From NCBI GenBank assembly GCA_043228905.1, contig JBHGNT010000002.1, positions 13,578,001 to 13,642,000 of the forward strand: 64,000 bases of DNA, read 5' to 3'. The notes beneath the pieces were generated by a model. That model did no database searches. It worked only from the letters and a program-made list of their open reading frames with translations, and was not told where the DNA came from. The DNA is from Azolla caroliniana (Eukaryota > Plantae > Polypodiophyta). The stretch's first letter is position 1, and each line of letters starts with the position of its first letter. Of this stretch, positions 11,663 through 26,032 are shown one piece after another. A program made the position numbers and the translations under genes.

Positions 11663-14600
11663 TGTTGAGCGTCAAGCTCAACTCGAGCCGGATCGGCTGA
11701 ATAAGCCTGAGCCGGCAAGCGAGATGGATCGGTAAGTCGTGAGCAACCGAGCCGACAAGCAAACAGAGCCGGTGAGCTGGGGAGCCGGTTAGCCGGATCC
11801 AATCGGTAACCGAAAGCCTAGTATTAGTTTAGACTACTAGGCAATTATAGTCTCGTAGTAAGTGTCAGAAGCTCATGTGAGCATTGAAGTACGCGGTACT
11901 TCTGTCAATCCCACGAGGACTTGTATAAATAGTGTTACTGAGCACAGTTGTATGTATAAAGTAATTATATCGTTTTTGAATATAGCTTTTACGTTCTACT
12001 CTCTTTGTCTCTCTTGTGTACTGTGTATTCCCTACTTTCTCTGTTTTCTAACGCTTCCTCAAGTAATCGTTTACATGGTATCAGAGCGTGAGGGTTGAGA
12101 ACCTCCTCGGCAGCCGACAAACGCTTGAAAGCAAACCCTAACAGGTCGTAAAACAGCAGACAAAGAAGTGATGGATAGAGGGATGGCTAGCTCGCTCCTT
12201 GTGGAGAAACTCGACAGATCCAACTAGCGCACCCACTGACAATCGGATGGTGTACACGGAGGCGGATCAGTCCCGTGGGCATGGTGGACAAGGCGGGTCG
12301 GCACGCAATGGAGGTGGCAGGCAAGAGCAAGAACGAAGGCACATAGAACGTGCCGATAGCAGTTTCGAGACTCCCACAGGCAGGGGGAGTCATGGCGACA
12401 CCGGAAGACGACAAGAGAAGTCAGCAACAGAATGCTGGTACTGTGGCAAAAAGGGCCACAAAGAAAGCTAGTGCTGGAGAAAAATCCGGATCTGGCAAGG
12501 CTGGCAAGGATGGCCGACAAAGCTCGCACTACGTGAAGGGATCGGGAGGATCCAAGAACGGTAATGGGCCAGCCTTGGTGATGAAGCACGAGGCGAACTC
12601 GATGAAGAAGACCACTTCCAAATCGGAGGAAGTGTGGTATGTTGACTCTGGTGCGTCGAACCACATGACGAGCCACAAAGAGTGGTTCTCCTTTTTGGAA
12701 AAACTGGATCAACCGGGAGTAGTTGAAACCGGAGACGACACTCCTCACCCAATTGTGCACGTCGGAGAAGTCCCTTTGAGCCACGTCAGACAGAAGGGGA
12801 AGCTGATGAACGTATTACACGTTTCGACAATCACGAAGAACCTGGTGTCGGTCAGATAGATCGTCGACCAGGGGATGCAGGTGCGGTTTATGCACCTTGG
12901 GTGCTTCATCGAGGAAGAGGGCCAAATTATTGCGCAAGGGCGCAGAGACAGGAGGATGTATATCCTCGACACCAATGACATCGGCACCGCTCTGTTTGCA
13001 AAAGGACAGAAGGTCGAATTGGACATCGACCTGTGGCACAAGCGGATAGGCCACGTCAATTACCGGAGACTTCAAGTCCTACAAACGAAACAAGTTGTTT
13101 TCGGTTTGTCGAAGTTTAGCGGCCGGAAGGCCCAAGTATGTGAAGCCTGCCAACTCAGGAAGCAAGATCGGCTTCCATTCCCTACCGAACGTAACCGAAG
13201 CCGTAACAAGATCGACCTAATCCATTCGGATGTGTGGGGACCGGCACAGAATGTTAGTCTTGGCGGGAGTCGATATTTTGTCTCCTTCATCGACGACTAT
13301 ACGCGGCACACATGGATCTACCTCATCGAGCGGAAGAGTGAAGTCTTCGAGTGTTTCCAGAGTCTCCAAAACATGGTGGAACGGGAATCAGAGAGGAAGA
13401 TCAAATGCCTGTGGTTGGATGGCAGGAAAGAATACTTTTCCGGCCAATTCAACAGTTATCTGCAACAAACAGGAATTCAGCGAGAGTTCAGCTGCAGATA
13501 CACACCGCAACAGAACGGTGTTGCCAAGAGGAAGAACTAGTCGCTTATCGATGCGGCAAGGGCAATGCTGGAGGAGAAGAGCATGCCCAACTTCTACTGG
13601 GTGGAGGCAGTTTGAACGGATGTCTACATCCAGAACCGGATCGGTGACAAGGTGTCAGCTCACGAGCTGTATTTCGGGCGGAAGCCGAATTTAAGACACC
13701 TTAAGATCTTCGGTAGCATTGCGTATGTGCATATACCGGATGAGAAGCAGAGGAAGCTGGATGCAAAATCGGAAAAATGCATCCTAGTCGGCTATGCTCA
13801 AGAGCAAAAGGGTTATAAGTGTTATAACCCCCCGACAAAGCAGGTCTAAGTTAGTCGAGATGTCGAGTTTGATGAATCGGCATCGTGGTACTCCTTACCG
13901 ACTCCGACTTCCGAATCTGACCCGATGCCGGTGGATGTGGCTAGTGAGCTTGAACCGGCCCAGGTAGAGGATGATGAAGCGTGGACTCAAGATGAGAGTT
14001 CAGAATCGTTCCGGTTGAGTGGGCCAAACGAGAGACTGAGTCAATTTGACCAGTCCGATGAGGAACCGGCGAGTAGTGGAGACTCTGCCGTGCACTCCCC
14101 GTGCAAGGAACCGAGGAGAAGGGGAAGAGAAGGGGAAGAAGAAGATCCCGGAATTCGAAACCGGCAAAAATGAGTCGGATCGGTGTACGTCCGATTTCGG
14201 CAAGCAGAATGGCGGATCTTCGGCAACGAAGACCAATTCGGCCAAGAAGGGCCTCAAATCGGGTAACGGTGAGTTACATCGGTCCACCCACCAGAAGGAT
14301 CCCATAAAGCGGTATGGGTACAATGAGTACATGGCGCATCACTATGCGTACATGACTAAGGTGGCGGAAGTACGTGAGCCGGAGAGCTACGTAGAAGCGG
14401 CCAAGGACGCAAATTGGCGTGCCGCTATGGACGAAGAAATGCGGGCACTCGATGCCAACGAGACATGGGACCTGGTTGACCCTCCTCGTCATTGTAAACC
14501 GATCGGATGCAAGTGGGTGGACAAAGTAAAGTACAACGCCGACAGTTTAGTTAACCGGTACAAGGTCCGGTTAGTGGCGAAGGGATATGCGCAGACCCAC

Positions 14601-16828
14601 GGAATCGACTACGATGAGACCTTTGCTCCTGTAGCGAAGATGACGACGGTTCGAATGGTGCTAGCGGTTGCTGCGGCAAGGGGGTGGCATCTTCATCAGA
14701 TGGATGTGAAGAATTCATTTCTTCAAGGTGATCTTGAAGAAGAAGTCGTTATGACTCAGCCTCTAGGTTTTCAATTGGAGATGAACAAGTCGGCGGTATG
14801 CCGACTGAAGAAGTCGTTGTACGGCCTGAAGCAAGCCCCTCGAGCTTGGAATGCGAAGATCACGCACCGGTTGCGTAAGATGGGGTTTGTGGCCTCCAAA
14901 CCAGACTCTTCGTTGTTCATCCGGCAAGGCTCAACCGGTCCGGTATGTATACTGCTGTATGTTGATGATCTAGTCATCACTGGACCGGGTGTTCCGGAAA
15001 TCAACCGTGTCAAGTCCCGGTTGTCGAACGCATTTGAGATGAAGGATCTGGGGGACCTTCATTATTTTCTTGGGATCGAGGTGATCCGAAACCCGGACAA
15101 CATATTGCTCTCACAATGACATTATGTCTTGAATATGTTGTACAAGTTCGGCATGACAGAATGCCGACCTGTATCCACACCCTTGGACCGGAACTAGAAG
15201 CTTCCTCCCAACTCAGGACCGGCCTGCAACGAGCAACGGTTCCGAAAAATTGTCGGAAGCCTTATTTACTTGACTATCACGCGACCCGACATCAGCTATC
15301 CGGTCGGAATGATAAGTCAGTTCATGCAGAAGCCGACCGTGGAGCACCTTCAGTGCGCGCAATGGATATTGCGGAATGTCAGCGACACGAAGGACCGGGG
15401 ACTGTTATACCGGCGAGGTATAACCGAAGAGCTCGTCCGTTACACGGATGCCGACTAGGCCAGCGATGCATTAGATCGCCGATCAACCTCTGGTTACATG
15501 TTTTCCCTTGGTAGCGTAGCTGTTGTATGGATCAGCAAAAAGCAGCCAACAGTTGCTCTGTCGAGCACTGAGGTTGAGTATCGGGGCGCTACCATTGCCA
15601 CCTGTGAAGCCATTTGGCTTCGGCGACTGCTGCGAGACTTGCGGATCGAGGTACCGACCCTGATCCCGATTTATTGTGATAACATCAGTAGCATGCAGCT
15701 CGCCAAGAACCCCGTATTCCATGCTCTTACAAAGCACATAGAAGTGCACTATCACTTCGTGCGTGAGCGTGTCTTGAGCGGTGAGGTTGAACTTCGGTAT
15801 GTTCACACGGATCAGTAAGTTGCTGACATCTTCACCAAACCACTCGGATCGGACAAGATACAACACTTCACCGAAATGCTTGATGTTCAACATCTCGACG
15901 TGCCACACTTGAGGGGGAGAACGGGCAAAGACACCGGAACGGGCAAAGGCAAAGAGACCGCTGATTGTGCCAGTCAGGGAAGAAGAGAAGGCGGCAGAGT
16001 GAAGAAGGACAGAGCCGAACAAAGTAAGAAGGCCAAGACCCGGACGTGGTCTGATGTGGTGAAGGGCCTTAAACCGAAAGACGAGTCGGAGGATACCGAG
16101 TCGGACAAGAGCTTGAACGAATCGGGGACAACCGATTCGGACCAACAGACGGATCCAGATGAACCGAATGAACTGGAGGCCATCGCGGAGGAACCGACGG
16201 ATCAGCAAGCGCCAGAGTCATAACAGCGAAGGAGCTGAGAGGGGCCTATTGAGAAGGTTGAGGCGCGCAGAACAAGAGGAGTCGCGGCAAACAGAATTGG
16301 ACCGGACGAGGAGTGCGAGCAAGGCGGAGCAATGCCAGGAGAAGTCGGTTGGAAGAACCGACTGCCACAGAGACTAACACTAGGATCCAACCTCAAGTTC
16401 AGCTTGAGGGGGAGTGTTGAGCGTCAAGCTCAATTGGAGCCGGATCTGCTGAATAAGCCTGAGCCGGCAAGCGACATGGATTGGTAAGCCGTGAGCAACC
16501 GAGCTGGCAAGCAACAGAGCCGGTGAGCTGGGGAGCCGATTAGCCGGATCCAATCGGTAACTGAAAGCCTAGTATTAGTTTAGACTACTAGGCAATTATA
16601 GTCTCGTAGTAAGTGTCAGAAGCTCGTGTGAGCATTGAAGTACGCGGTACTTTTGTCAGTCCCACGAGGACTTGTATAAATAGTGCTACTGAGCACAGTT
16701 GTATGTACAGAGTAATTATATCGTTTTTGAATATAGCTTTTACGTTCTGCTCTCTTTGTCTCTCCCGTGTACTCCGTGTATTCCCTACTTTCTCTATTTT
16801 CTAACGCTTCCGCAAGTAATCGTTTACA
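11663..16828 (+). mobile_element. Ty1/copia LTR retrotransposon, family A, full-length but decayed (element 2)
   Basis: LTRs 11663-12075 and 16415-16828, TSD AAAGT, Met PBS TGGTATCAGAGC (12076-12087), PPT GAGGGGGAG. Motifs [32 protein letters not shown]. Confidence 0.95.
12183..16223 (+). pseudogene. gag-pol: Copia gag-pol with a gag deletion, many stops and frameshifts, and a charged C-terminal extension
   Basis: Fragmented ORFs in PR-INT-RT-RH order. Gag jumps from EKLDRSN to TDNRM, whereas the homologue at 48830-49390 has about 500 bp in between. Confidence 0.85.
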
Positions 16829-17161
16829 AAAGTTTACTGAGAAAGCCAATGCACAAGTATATCGAACATAGTATTTAAGCTTACTCAACTTCCCGGGGGT
16901 GGGAACACACTTTAGGATACTCAAGTGTGTGAACACCCCACCTCCTTGTATAGTAATTAGTGTGTCATAGAAGTTAATGTTCTATGTGTCCAACCTCTTT
17001 CCCAAGAGGCGATACTAGTAAGAGAACTTAGAGAGAAGGTGAGTACATAAGCACCTTCTCCTTCTCTTTGTATATTGTTGGCTATTCTTGTTTTCCTTGT
17101 TAATACAACTTTTTGGTTTTCTGTAACTGCTGAGCTCTCTCTCTCTCTTCACACTCACTCA

Positions 17162-17194
<33 letters not shown>

Positions 17195-19010
17195 TTCTTC
17201 CGTTGCATAGAATCCATCTACTTCTTTACATGGTATCAGAGGGCATGGTAGCTTGATCTAAGCCCATCGCTCCTGCGTGTGTTGTGCCTGATTCTGTGTT
17301 TGGAAAGAACCAGTTGATCGCTATAGCAGCAATCTGCACAGTTCGCATCAAGAAGAAGAAGAAGAAGAAGAAGCTCGACATGAACACATATATGGGAAGC
17401 TCTCTTCCTACCGAAAAGCTCGACAGAAACAACTTTGCCTCTTGGGCGTACAAGATGCATCAATACCTTGTCATCCAAGGCTATTGGAGTTATGTCGAAG
17501 GGGCAAACGAGAATCAACCCAACCCAACACATGTCGACTACCCAGCTTGGGAGCAAGCGGTGAGTCGTGTGTTGTATTGCCTTGCATCATGCGTCCATGA
17601 TCACATGCTCGGCTACATCCGGGAGGCCAAAACGTTGAAGGAGGCATGGGGGAACCTCAAGAAGATTTTCATGGCCAACATGATTGCAAGAAAGCTTCAA
17701 CTCCATCAAGAGTTGAACAGTATACAACAGAGGGACATGTCAATCGGTATACACTTTGAAGATCAAGGAGCTCTTCGATGCCCTTGGGTCGATCAATGTT
17801 AGCATTGATGACGATGAAATGGTGCAGGTTTGCCTCGGAGGCTTAGCATCTCGATTCGGAGCCATTCGGTCGATAGTCCTCACGAGGGAGAATCCTCCCT
17901 CTAATCTCTAGCTGATGCTACTGGTCGAGGAGAATCATGTTCAAACAAAAAGCAATGTGCAAGAAGGACAAATGCTCTATTCGAACTTCGATGGAGGAAG
18001 ATGACAAGGTAGGGGATGAAGAAGCTGATTTGGCCAACGCCGACACAACCAAGGGCAACATCGAGAACATAACTTCTATTACTGACAAGACGTGTCGAAC
18101 GTGCGAGGCGGAGCATCCAGAAGAAGGGGGAGCAATTAGGCCGGACCCAGCCGACAAAACAATCCTGCTCAGTGTAAATTTGGCCACTATGAGGCAGAGT
18201 GTCAGAAAAAGAAGAGTGAGTCAGCCTCCACAAGCCGACAACTCACAAACTACGCCTCCAACTCCAATTACAACAATCATGGCAGAATGTGTGTGATGAG
18301 GCATAGAGCAAACTCGATGATAACCTCCAACCCGACCAACACCTCCAAACCAGAAGATGTATGTTTTGTCGATTCGGGTTCATTCAACCACATGACATCT
18401 CACGAGGATTGGTTCAAGCAACTAGGAAAGCTCGAACGACCGGACTAACACAATTGGGGATGACACAATTCACCCCATTCAGCATGTGGGCAATGTCCCA
18501 TTTGGGGAAGAAGGAAACCAAACCTACATCAAGAACATTTTGCATGTTCCTACAATAACAAAGAACTTGGTCTCAGTTGGCCAAATAATCGAACAAGGCA
18601 TGCAAGTGCGCTTCAACAATGGAGGATGCTTCATTGGAAAAGAAGGCTAACTCATCGCATGCGGTTGGAGATGTTCATCCTCAACTCTCATGAGATGAAC
18701 TCGACAATGTATGCCAAGGGCCCAAGTGCCAAAGAGACAACACTGACATAGAGCTGTGGCACAAGCGAATTGGCCACATTAACCTCCAAAAGCTTAGAGG
18801 AATGCAGTCGAAAGGAGTCATCTTCGGACATCTGACTTTTACTGAAAAGGAGAGAGTAGGCCTGTGCGAAGCTTGTTAATTTGGCAAACAACACCATCAA
18901 CTGTTCCCAAAGGAGACGAATGTGAGCAAAGGGATCCTGGATGTAATACATTCACATGTATGGGGACCAGCCCAAATGGCAACATTTGGTGGCTGCCCAT
19001 ACTACGTAAT

Positions 19011-19399
19011 TGTTGAGAATCAAGCTCAACCTAGTCTAGTGTGTGAACACACCCTTGAGAGTGTATGAAAACTCAAAGGTCAAAAGTCACACCACTACTC
19101 TCTACACATTAACTATGTGTCATAGAATCATATTCTATGACACATAACTAATGAGTTTCCACACTCCCCATGACCGATGAGCTTCAGTAGTTAATGAAGA
19201 GAGAGGGTGACTATATAAAGCGCCCTCCTCCTACTTTGCAATGTGTCGGTTAATCTCCTTTGTAATATACATCTTCTTGAGTATTCTATTTTCTATCTAT
19301 CTTGTGTCTCTCTCCTCTCCTCTCCTCTTCTCAAACACACACACAGAATACACATCTCTAACCTATTCCGTTGCACAGAATCACCATCGATTCTTTACA
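19011..19399 (+). mobile_element. Solo LTR, copia family A
   Basis: TGTTGAGAATCAAGCTCAAC...TTCTTTACA. TSD GTAAT/GTAAC. Similar to the LTR at 62747-63078. Confidence 0.88.
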
Positions 19400-19455
19400 G
19401 TAACGTTTATCGACGACTTCACCAGACATACTTGGATCTACGCCATGTGGTAGAA

Positions 19456-22400
19456 TGTTAAGTACACATAACGTTGGTGAGGGTTGGTCACTAATATTTA
19501 CATTAGTGAAGGGTATGTTCACTAATGTTAAAAAAGGGGCTAATGTGATTGGATAGAAGGAATGACAGGTGCATGCACTATCATGATTTGGGAAACCAAT
19601 GAATGGAGACCCTTTTAGAAAGGCACATCTATTCAAGGGGCCTAGGAAAAGGTATAAATATGAGGATTAGCTACCTCATAAGGACACGTGGGAAGGTTGT
19701 TGTCTTAGACACCGGTGGTGCGGGCTTGGCTTTCATCTCGACGATCGTGTTTATCTCTTCCAAGGTATTAGTCATCCTAATATCCGGCGGTATTGGACGT
19801 CGGTGGTAGGTTGGCTATGTCTAGATCATAGCTCGAGAGTGTTCGGGTGGAACAGTTTCTTCTATCCAATCTATTTTCCTTCTTTTACTTTACTTTGGTC
19901 TATTCATTAGTAATAGACTCTTAACAGTGGTATTAGAGCATTTACTAACATGTTTTTTGTTGTTTTGATGTTTTTTGCATGTGAGCGATGGGGATCTATA
20001 ACAAGGCTCGTCATGCTCTTCACAGGATCAAAACAACATTCTTAACCCGGTATTCTTCTTTCTCGATCTCTCTCTCCTTTTCTTTGATGTGTTCTTCAAG
20101 TTGGTCGAATCAAATTTGTATTACGTTTTATTTTCTTTCTTTCTACTTTCTACCATGCTACGATTTTAATTATTATTGGGCATTGGGCTGCGCCTGTTTG
20201 CACTAATCGCACACACTCAACTCATGGCCCTTTTCAATAATGCGATGTATCTCCCACTCTCCCCTCTCTTGAGCCATCTCTTACAATAATAATTATTCTT
20301 GTGCATTGGATTGAACGTGCTTGCCTAATCGCACACGCTCACCTCATGGCCCTTTTGCATATGATGTTGGGTATGCCACTCTTCCCTTTATTGAGCCATC
20401 ACTTGGCCAATTCTATCGGATGTTGTGGCCTTGACGAGGTGTATGTCGCCTACCTATGCCACTCTACTCTATATTGAGCCATCACTTGACCGATTCTATG
20501 GGATGTGGTGGTCTTGAGGAGGTGCATGTCAACTATGCTAGGGTTTCTTACCTTATGGCATGCTTAATGTTCATACACCTAATTGATTATTATTCTACCT
20601 ATTTTTTAATTACACAAGTTATCTTCTCCCTTTCTTTAGATTTTCTTATGATTTTCATCTACCCACCCACACTTCACTATTTTTTTAACCTTAATTTTTA
20701 TGTTCATCTACATTATTTATGTGTGTTTCCCTATTGGGTAACGATTTTGTGTAGTCCATTTTTTTCGTATTAAGTGGGCATCATGCCGTTTTTTAAATAT
20801 TTTTCCAAAGTGTCCTCTAGGTTTAACTCATGTAATTGAGCCTTAGAATTCGATTAAAAACACATGAGTACTACATCTTTGCGCACAACACCACCACCAT
20901 TTGTATCAACTTGTGGCTTATGTCACAATTGTGCACATTACAATCTCCATATTGGGATGGATATGTGCATACCTCGCACCATCCATTTATTGGTGGCATT
21001 TTTTTTTAGTAGACAACACATGGTTTTTTAACCTTATTTTCGTCACTTCTTGACTCTTATAGATAGTGACTTCTTTTTTTTTTCATAACATTTGCTTGCT
21101 ACTCGCAAGACTAGAATATTACTTGCGAGTGCACTTGTTTTTTCATGTAATACACTTTCTTGACCATATCAATACATGTTTGGTTGGCATTCTAATATAA
21201 GGCTAACTAGGAAACTACATTGATGTTAGAACCATGGTTGAGCCTCGGGGAGCCGCCATGATTATTCAAGATAGAGATCCGAGAAAGACATCTTAGCTAT
21301 GTTTTCCCCCATGGTTTTTAAAACACCATAGTGTTACCATAGTTATCGGATCTCGAATCACATCTCATATATCTAGAGGGGTAAAGACGTGAGATGCTTT
21401 CTTGGTAAAGTTCTTACAATCAAAATTTCAAGCATTCATTTTGCTTGTGTATTTTCTGAACCTCCTTATTTATATTGCATACCCACAACTTGCATCATTG
21501 AACAAGTTTTGAACGTTGTTGGAGCTATCTCTTCGACCGAGACCTCTCAACTCCAATCTGCATCTCACACACAAGCTGAGATCACTATTGAGCAATTTCT
21601 CACTACTACCTTGAATCAATTGGCCGAAATGAGGCAAGCCAATATGGCATTGGAAAAGAAATTCCAAGAATTTATTATTGAGTCCAAGAAAGAAGGTGAA
21701 CCTTCTTTCGTAGTAATGTCATTCAAGGGAGATAAGAAAGAAAGAACCGAGGAGGCCATTAGCACTTGGCTTGGTTGTTGGGAGTCTCACTTTGAGCTCC
21801 ACCCCAAGCCCAATGCTGTAAAAATTGGTTATGTCAGTCATGAGTTAGGTGGCCGAGCTACTACTTGGTGGCACAACCTAAGGACTGCAAAGAACTTACC
21901 CACAACTTGGGAAGGTTTCGTTGATGTTTTTAAGAAACAGTTTTTGCCGCCAGCTTCTCAAACTGAACAAGCGCCAGCTTCTCAAACTGAACCTCTTCGA
22001 TGCATATTGTAAGAAGCGGGGCCACACAAAGGATACCTGTCGTCGTCTTGAGAGGAAGTCAATGAACACCCCTCCTCAAGACAAATCTACGAGTCACACA
22101 TGTGAGTCTTTTGATGTTGTTGAAGTTCATACCAACCACTTAAGTTCATGTGAATGCACTTTTCCTTCACATTTACTTGGACCTAATGATTTACTCCGAG
22201 CAATCGGGTATATCAATGGAACACAAGCACATTTCTTGTTTGATTCCGGTAGTTCTCACAATTTTCTTAATGATCACTTTGTGCAGCAAATGGAACTCCA
22301 CATAAATGCAAGTGATCATATCTATCAAGTTCACATGGCAAATGGAAGCGTTCAATACATCAGTGGTGTTGTTTATCAACTGCCAATTCAAATATATACC

Positions 22401-25400
22401 TATTTGGAGAAGCTATACTTTCATGTTATGAAACTACAATCTGTAGATGTCATTTTAGGATACCCTTGGTTTTTTAATAAAAACCCTTCTTTGTCCATTG
22501 ATTGGGTTAATCACTCAATCACATTTGAACTTAATAATTGTAAACATTTTATTCAATGTTCCAAACTTCCTTCTCGTTCACTTTTGTCTTCTATATCTTT
22601 AAGTGAGTATTCTAGTTCATTAATTTATTCGTGTGTAATTGATCTTGCGCTTGAATTTTATTATTTTAATATTGACGCCACACAATTACCACATTATGAC
22701 CAATGATTACTCGAATCTATTTTAGACGATTTTCAAGACGTGTTTCCTAATGAATTGCCGCTTACTTTACCACCAAAACGTAATGTGAACCATCAAATTG
22801 AACTCATCTGAACTCATCCCCGATGCTGCTCATGTTAGCATTCCACCTTACCAACTTAGTCGATTAGAAGAGGATGAGATCGCTAAAGAACTTAAGGAAT
22901 ACTTGAGTATGGGCCACATTAGGTATAGTAAATCACCTTGGGGTGCGCTAGTTCTATTAGTTAAGAAGAAGGAAGGTTCATGGCGAATGTGTATCAATTA
23001 TTGTCATTTGAATAAAATGACAATTAAAAATGCATATCCGTTACCTCGTGCCGATGATTTGATTGATTGTTTGCATAGGCCCCGATATTTTACGAAAATT
23101 GACTTACGAACAGGGTATCATCAGATTCACATTCCTGAGGATGATATTCCTAAAACCGCTTTTCGTACGCGCTATGGCCATTATGAGTTTTTAATCATGC
23201 CTTTCGGGTTGACTAATGCTCCAGCCACATTCCAACAAGCGATGAATGATGTTTTCGAAGATCAACTCGGCGATTTTGTTGTCGTCTTCTTGGATGATAT
23301 TTTGATATATAGCCATACCTTGCAAGATCATGTTCGATTTGTTTTGCAAAAGTTGCGTGAATACTCTTTCTATGCAAAACATTCAAAATGTGATTTTTTC
23401 CAAAAATCTATTGTGTACCTAGGTCATTTAATTACGGAAAATGGCATTGAAATTGAACCTTCTCATATTGAAAAGATTAAACTTTGGCCCATTCCTCGTA
23501 ATATTCATGAACTAGGATCATTCTTAGGACTTGTTGGATTTTTACGAAAATCAATTTGTAACTATTCCAAATTGACTACACCATTAACTGACCTTTTAAA
23601 AGGTCATTCACGTAAGTCTGTCAAACCGATTGCATGGAATGAACAACTTGACAAATCATTTGAGACACTCAAAGAGCAAGTGTGTCAGGCTCCCACTCTT
23701 CTATTACCGGACCCTTCTAAGCCTTTCTCACTCGAAACTGATGCTAGTGATTATGCTATTGGTGTTGTTGTTTATCAAGGCAGTCACCCTATTGCTTTTG
23801 AAAGTAAGAAGCTTGATGCTGCTCAATCTTTGTATTCGGTTCAAGAGAAAGAGTTGTTTGTGGTAATAAATGCACTTAAAACATGGAGGCACTATCTCTA
23901 TGGAAATAAATTTGTGGTTACAATAGACCATCAATCATTGAAGTATTTTTGTGACCAGCCAGATCTTGTTGGTGGTAAAGTCCGTTGGGATGAACTTATG
24001 CAAGATTTTGATTTTTCCTTACGGTATCACAAGGGTTCTATGAACACCGTTGCAGATGCTCTTAGTTGCATTAAAGAAGTTAACATGCTTAGCTTCACGG
24101 AAATAAAATCTGATCTTTTAGATCACCTTCAAGGGAAATACCTTGATGACAGTTATTTCTCAAAATACTAGACGAAAGTCGAATATGGTTTAGGTGACCT
24201 GTCACATTACAAACGGTTTGTTCTACCGTAGTGGAAAGGTCTGTGTTCCAGATTTACCAAACGTAAAACAAAAAATTCTTCATGAATGTCATGATGCGGG
24301 TCATCCTGGAATACAACGCACACTCATTCTCATCTTGAGTTCTTTTTTCTGGCCTAAGATGCGCTCTAACATGCATAAATATGTAACTCAATGCTTACAA
24401 TATCAGATTAATAAGTCAAAACGACTTAAAGTTGTTGGTCTTTTACATCCCTTAGATATTCCCAACAACAAATGGGAAAGTATCTCAATGGATTTTATTG
24501 TTAGTTTACCTCGTACACAGAGGGGTCATGATGCCATTTGGGTTTTCGTTGACAGACTAACAAAATTGGCTAGATTTATTTCTACCAAAACCATGGTAAT
24601 TGCTCAACAATTGGCTTATCAATTTGTTGATGAGTTATTTCGTTTTTATGGATTACTGATGGATATTGTTAGTGATCGAGATTCCAAGTTTACTAGTGGC
24701 TTTTGGACTCAAGTCTTTAAGAAACTAGAAACTACATTGAGCATGAGTTCCCCATATCATCCTCAGTCTGATGGACAAACTGAACGAGTTAATCAAATTA
24801 TTGAGGACATGCTTCGAGCTTATGTAGCAAAAACCCCTTCTAAGTGGGAGCAATACCTTCCTATCTTAGAATTTGCCTATAATAGCTCTAAACATACATC
24901 CATTGGATATAGTCCTTTTATGTTGATGTATGGTTTTCCGCCACGTGCACCAGTCGATGTCACGATTCATCGTGATACATTAGACAGTACACGCAATTTT
25001 TTGCAAGACATGAACCAAATGTTGCATATTGCCAAAGAAAATGTCAAGACAACTCAACATCGTGCTCGATTTTATGATAATCAGGAGAGACGTCCTCATG
25101 CATTTACTATTGGTCAAAGAGGTTTTTTTGCATGTCCCTACTGACTCTATGTCATTGTCTATGGGCAAGTGCGCTAAGTTAGCCCCACGATATTGTGGCC
25201 CATTTGAAATCCTTAAGCGATTTGCATCATCGGCTTATCACCTTGCCTTACCCCGTAACGTTGGTATTCATCCCGATTTTCACGTCAGTTGTCTAAAACC
25301 ATTTTTAGGCTTTGGTGATAACACCATCAAAATCCAAGATCTTGTAACATTAGAGGATTTTATTTACAAACCTCATGTTCCGGAACAAATTCTTGATTCT

Positions 25401-26032
25401 CGTACTAAACGTTTACGTTCTAAAGAGATTCGGCTATTCAAAATCAAATGGATGGATAAACCTATTGATGATGCCACATGGGAACGCAAGCATACTCTTA
25501 AGGCACAATTTCCTCCCTTTATATTGCAAGAGTGCAATCTTTTAAAGTAGGGGAGTATGTTATGTACACATAACGTTGGTGAGGGTTGGTCACTAATATT
25601 TACATTAGTGAAGGGTATGTTCACTAATGTTAAAAAAGGGGCTAATGTGATTGGATAGAAGGAATGATAGGTGCATGCACTATCATGATTTGGGAAACCA
25701 ATAAATGGAGACCCTTTTAGAAAGGCACATCTATTCAAGGGGCCTAAGAAAAGGTATAAATATGAGGCTTAGTTACCCTCATAAGGACATTACGTCGAAA
25801 GGCTGTTGTCTTAGACACCGGTGGTGCGGGCTAGGCTTTCATCTCGACGATCGTGTTTATCTTTTCAAAGGTATTAGTCATCCTAATATCCGGCGGTATG
25901 GGACATCGGTGGTAGGTTGGCTATGTCTAGATCATAGCTTAGGGGTGCTCGGGTGGAACAGGTTCTTCTATCCAATCTATTTTCCTTCTTTTACTTTACT
26001 TTGGTCTATTCATTAGTAATAGACTCTTAACA
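19456..26032 (+). mobile_element. Ty3/gypsy chromovirus, full-length and decayed (element 4)
   Basis: LTRs 19456-19926 and 25558-26032, TSD TAGAA/CAGAA, Met-type PBS TGGTATTAGAGC, PPT AAAGTAGGGGAG. Confidence 0.93.
21389..25550 (+). pseudogene. gag-pol: Chromovirus gag-pol (Gag, PR, RT, RH, INT, chromodomain), fragmented
   Basis: LFDSGSSHNF, MPFGLTNAP, FLDDIL, ETDASD, SMDFI, SDRD, DGQTER, CGPF, and chromodomain PEQILDSR...IKW...DATWE. Confidence 0.9.

Noticed and set aside
11041-11802. 253-aa ORF as a single gene
   Set aside because: It is a chance fusion of LTR antisense sequence, a (TC)n tract and the LINE fragment.
15876-16414. env-like gene in family-A copias
   Set aside because: The tail is short, hydrophilic, in frame with pol and has no transmembrane segment.
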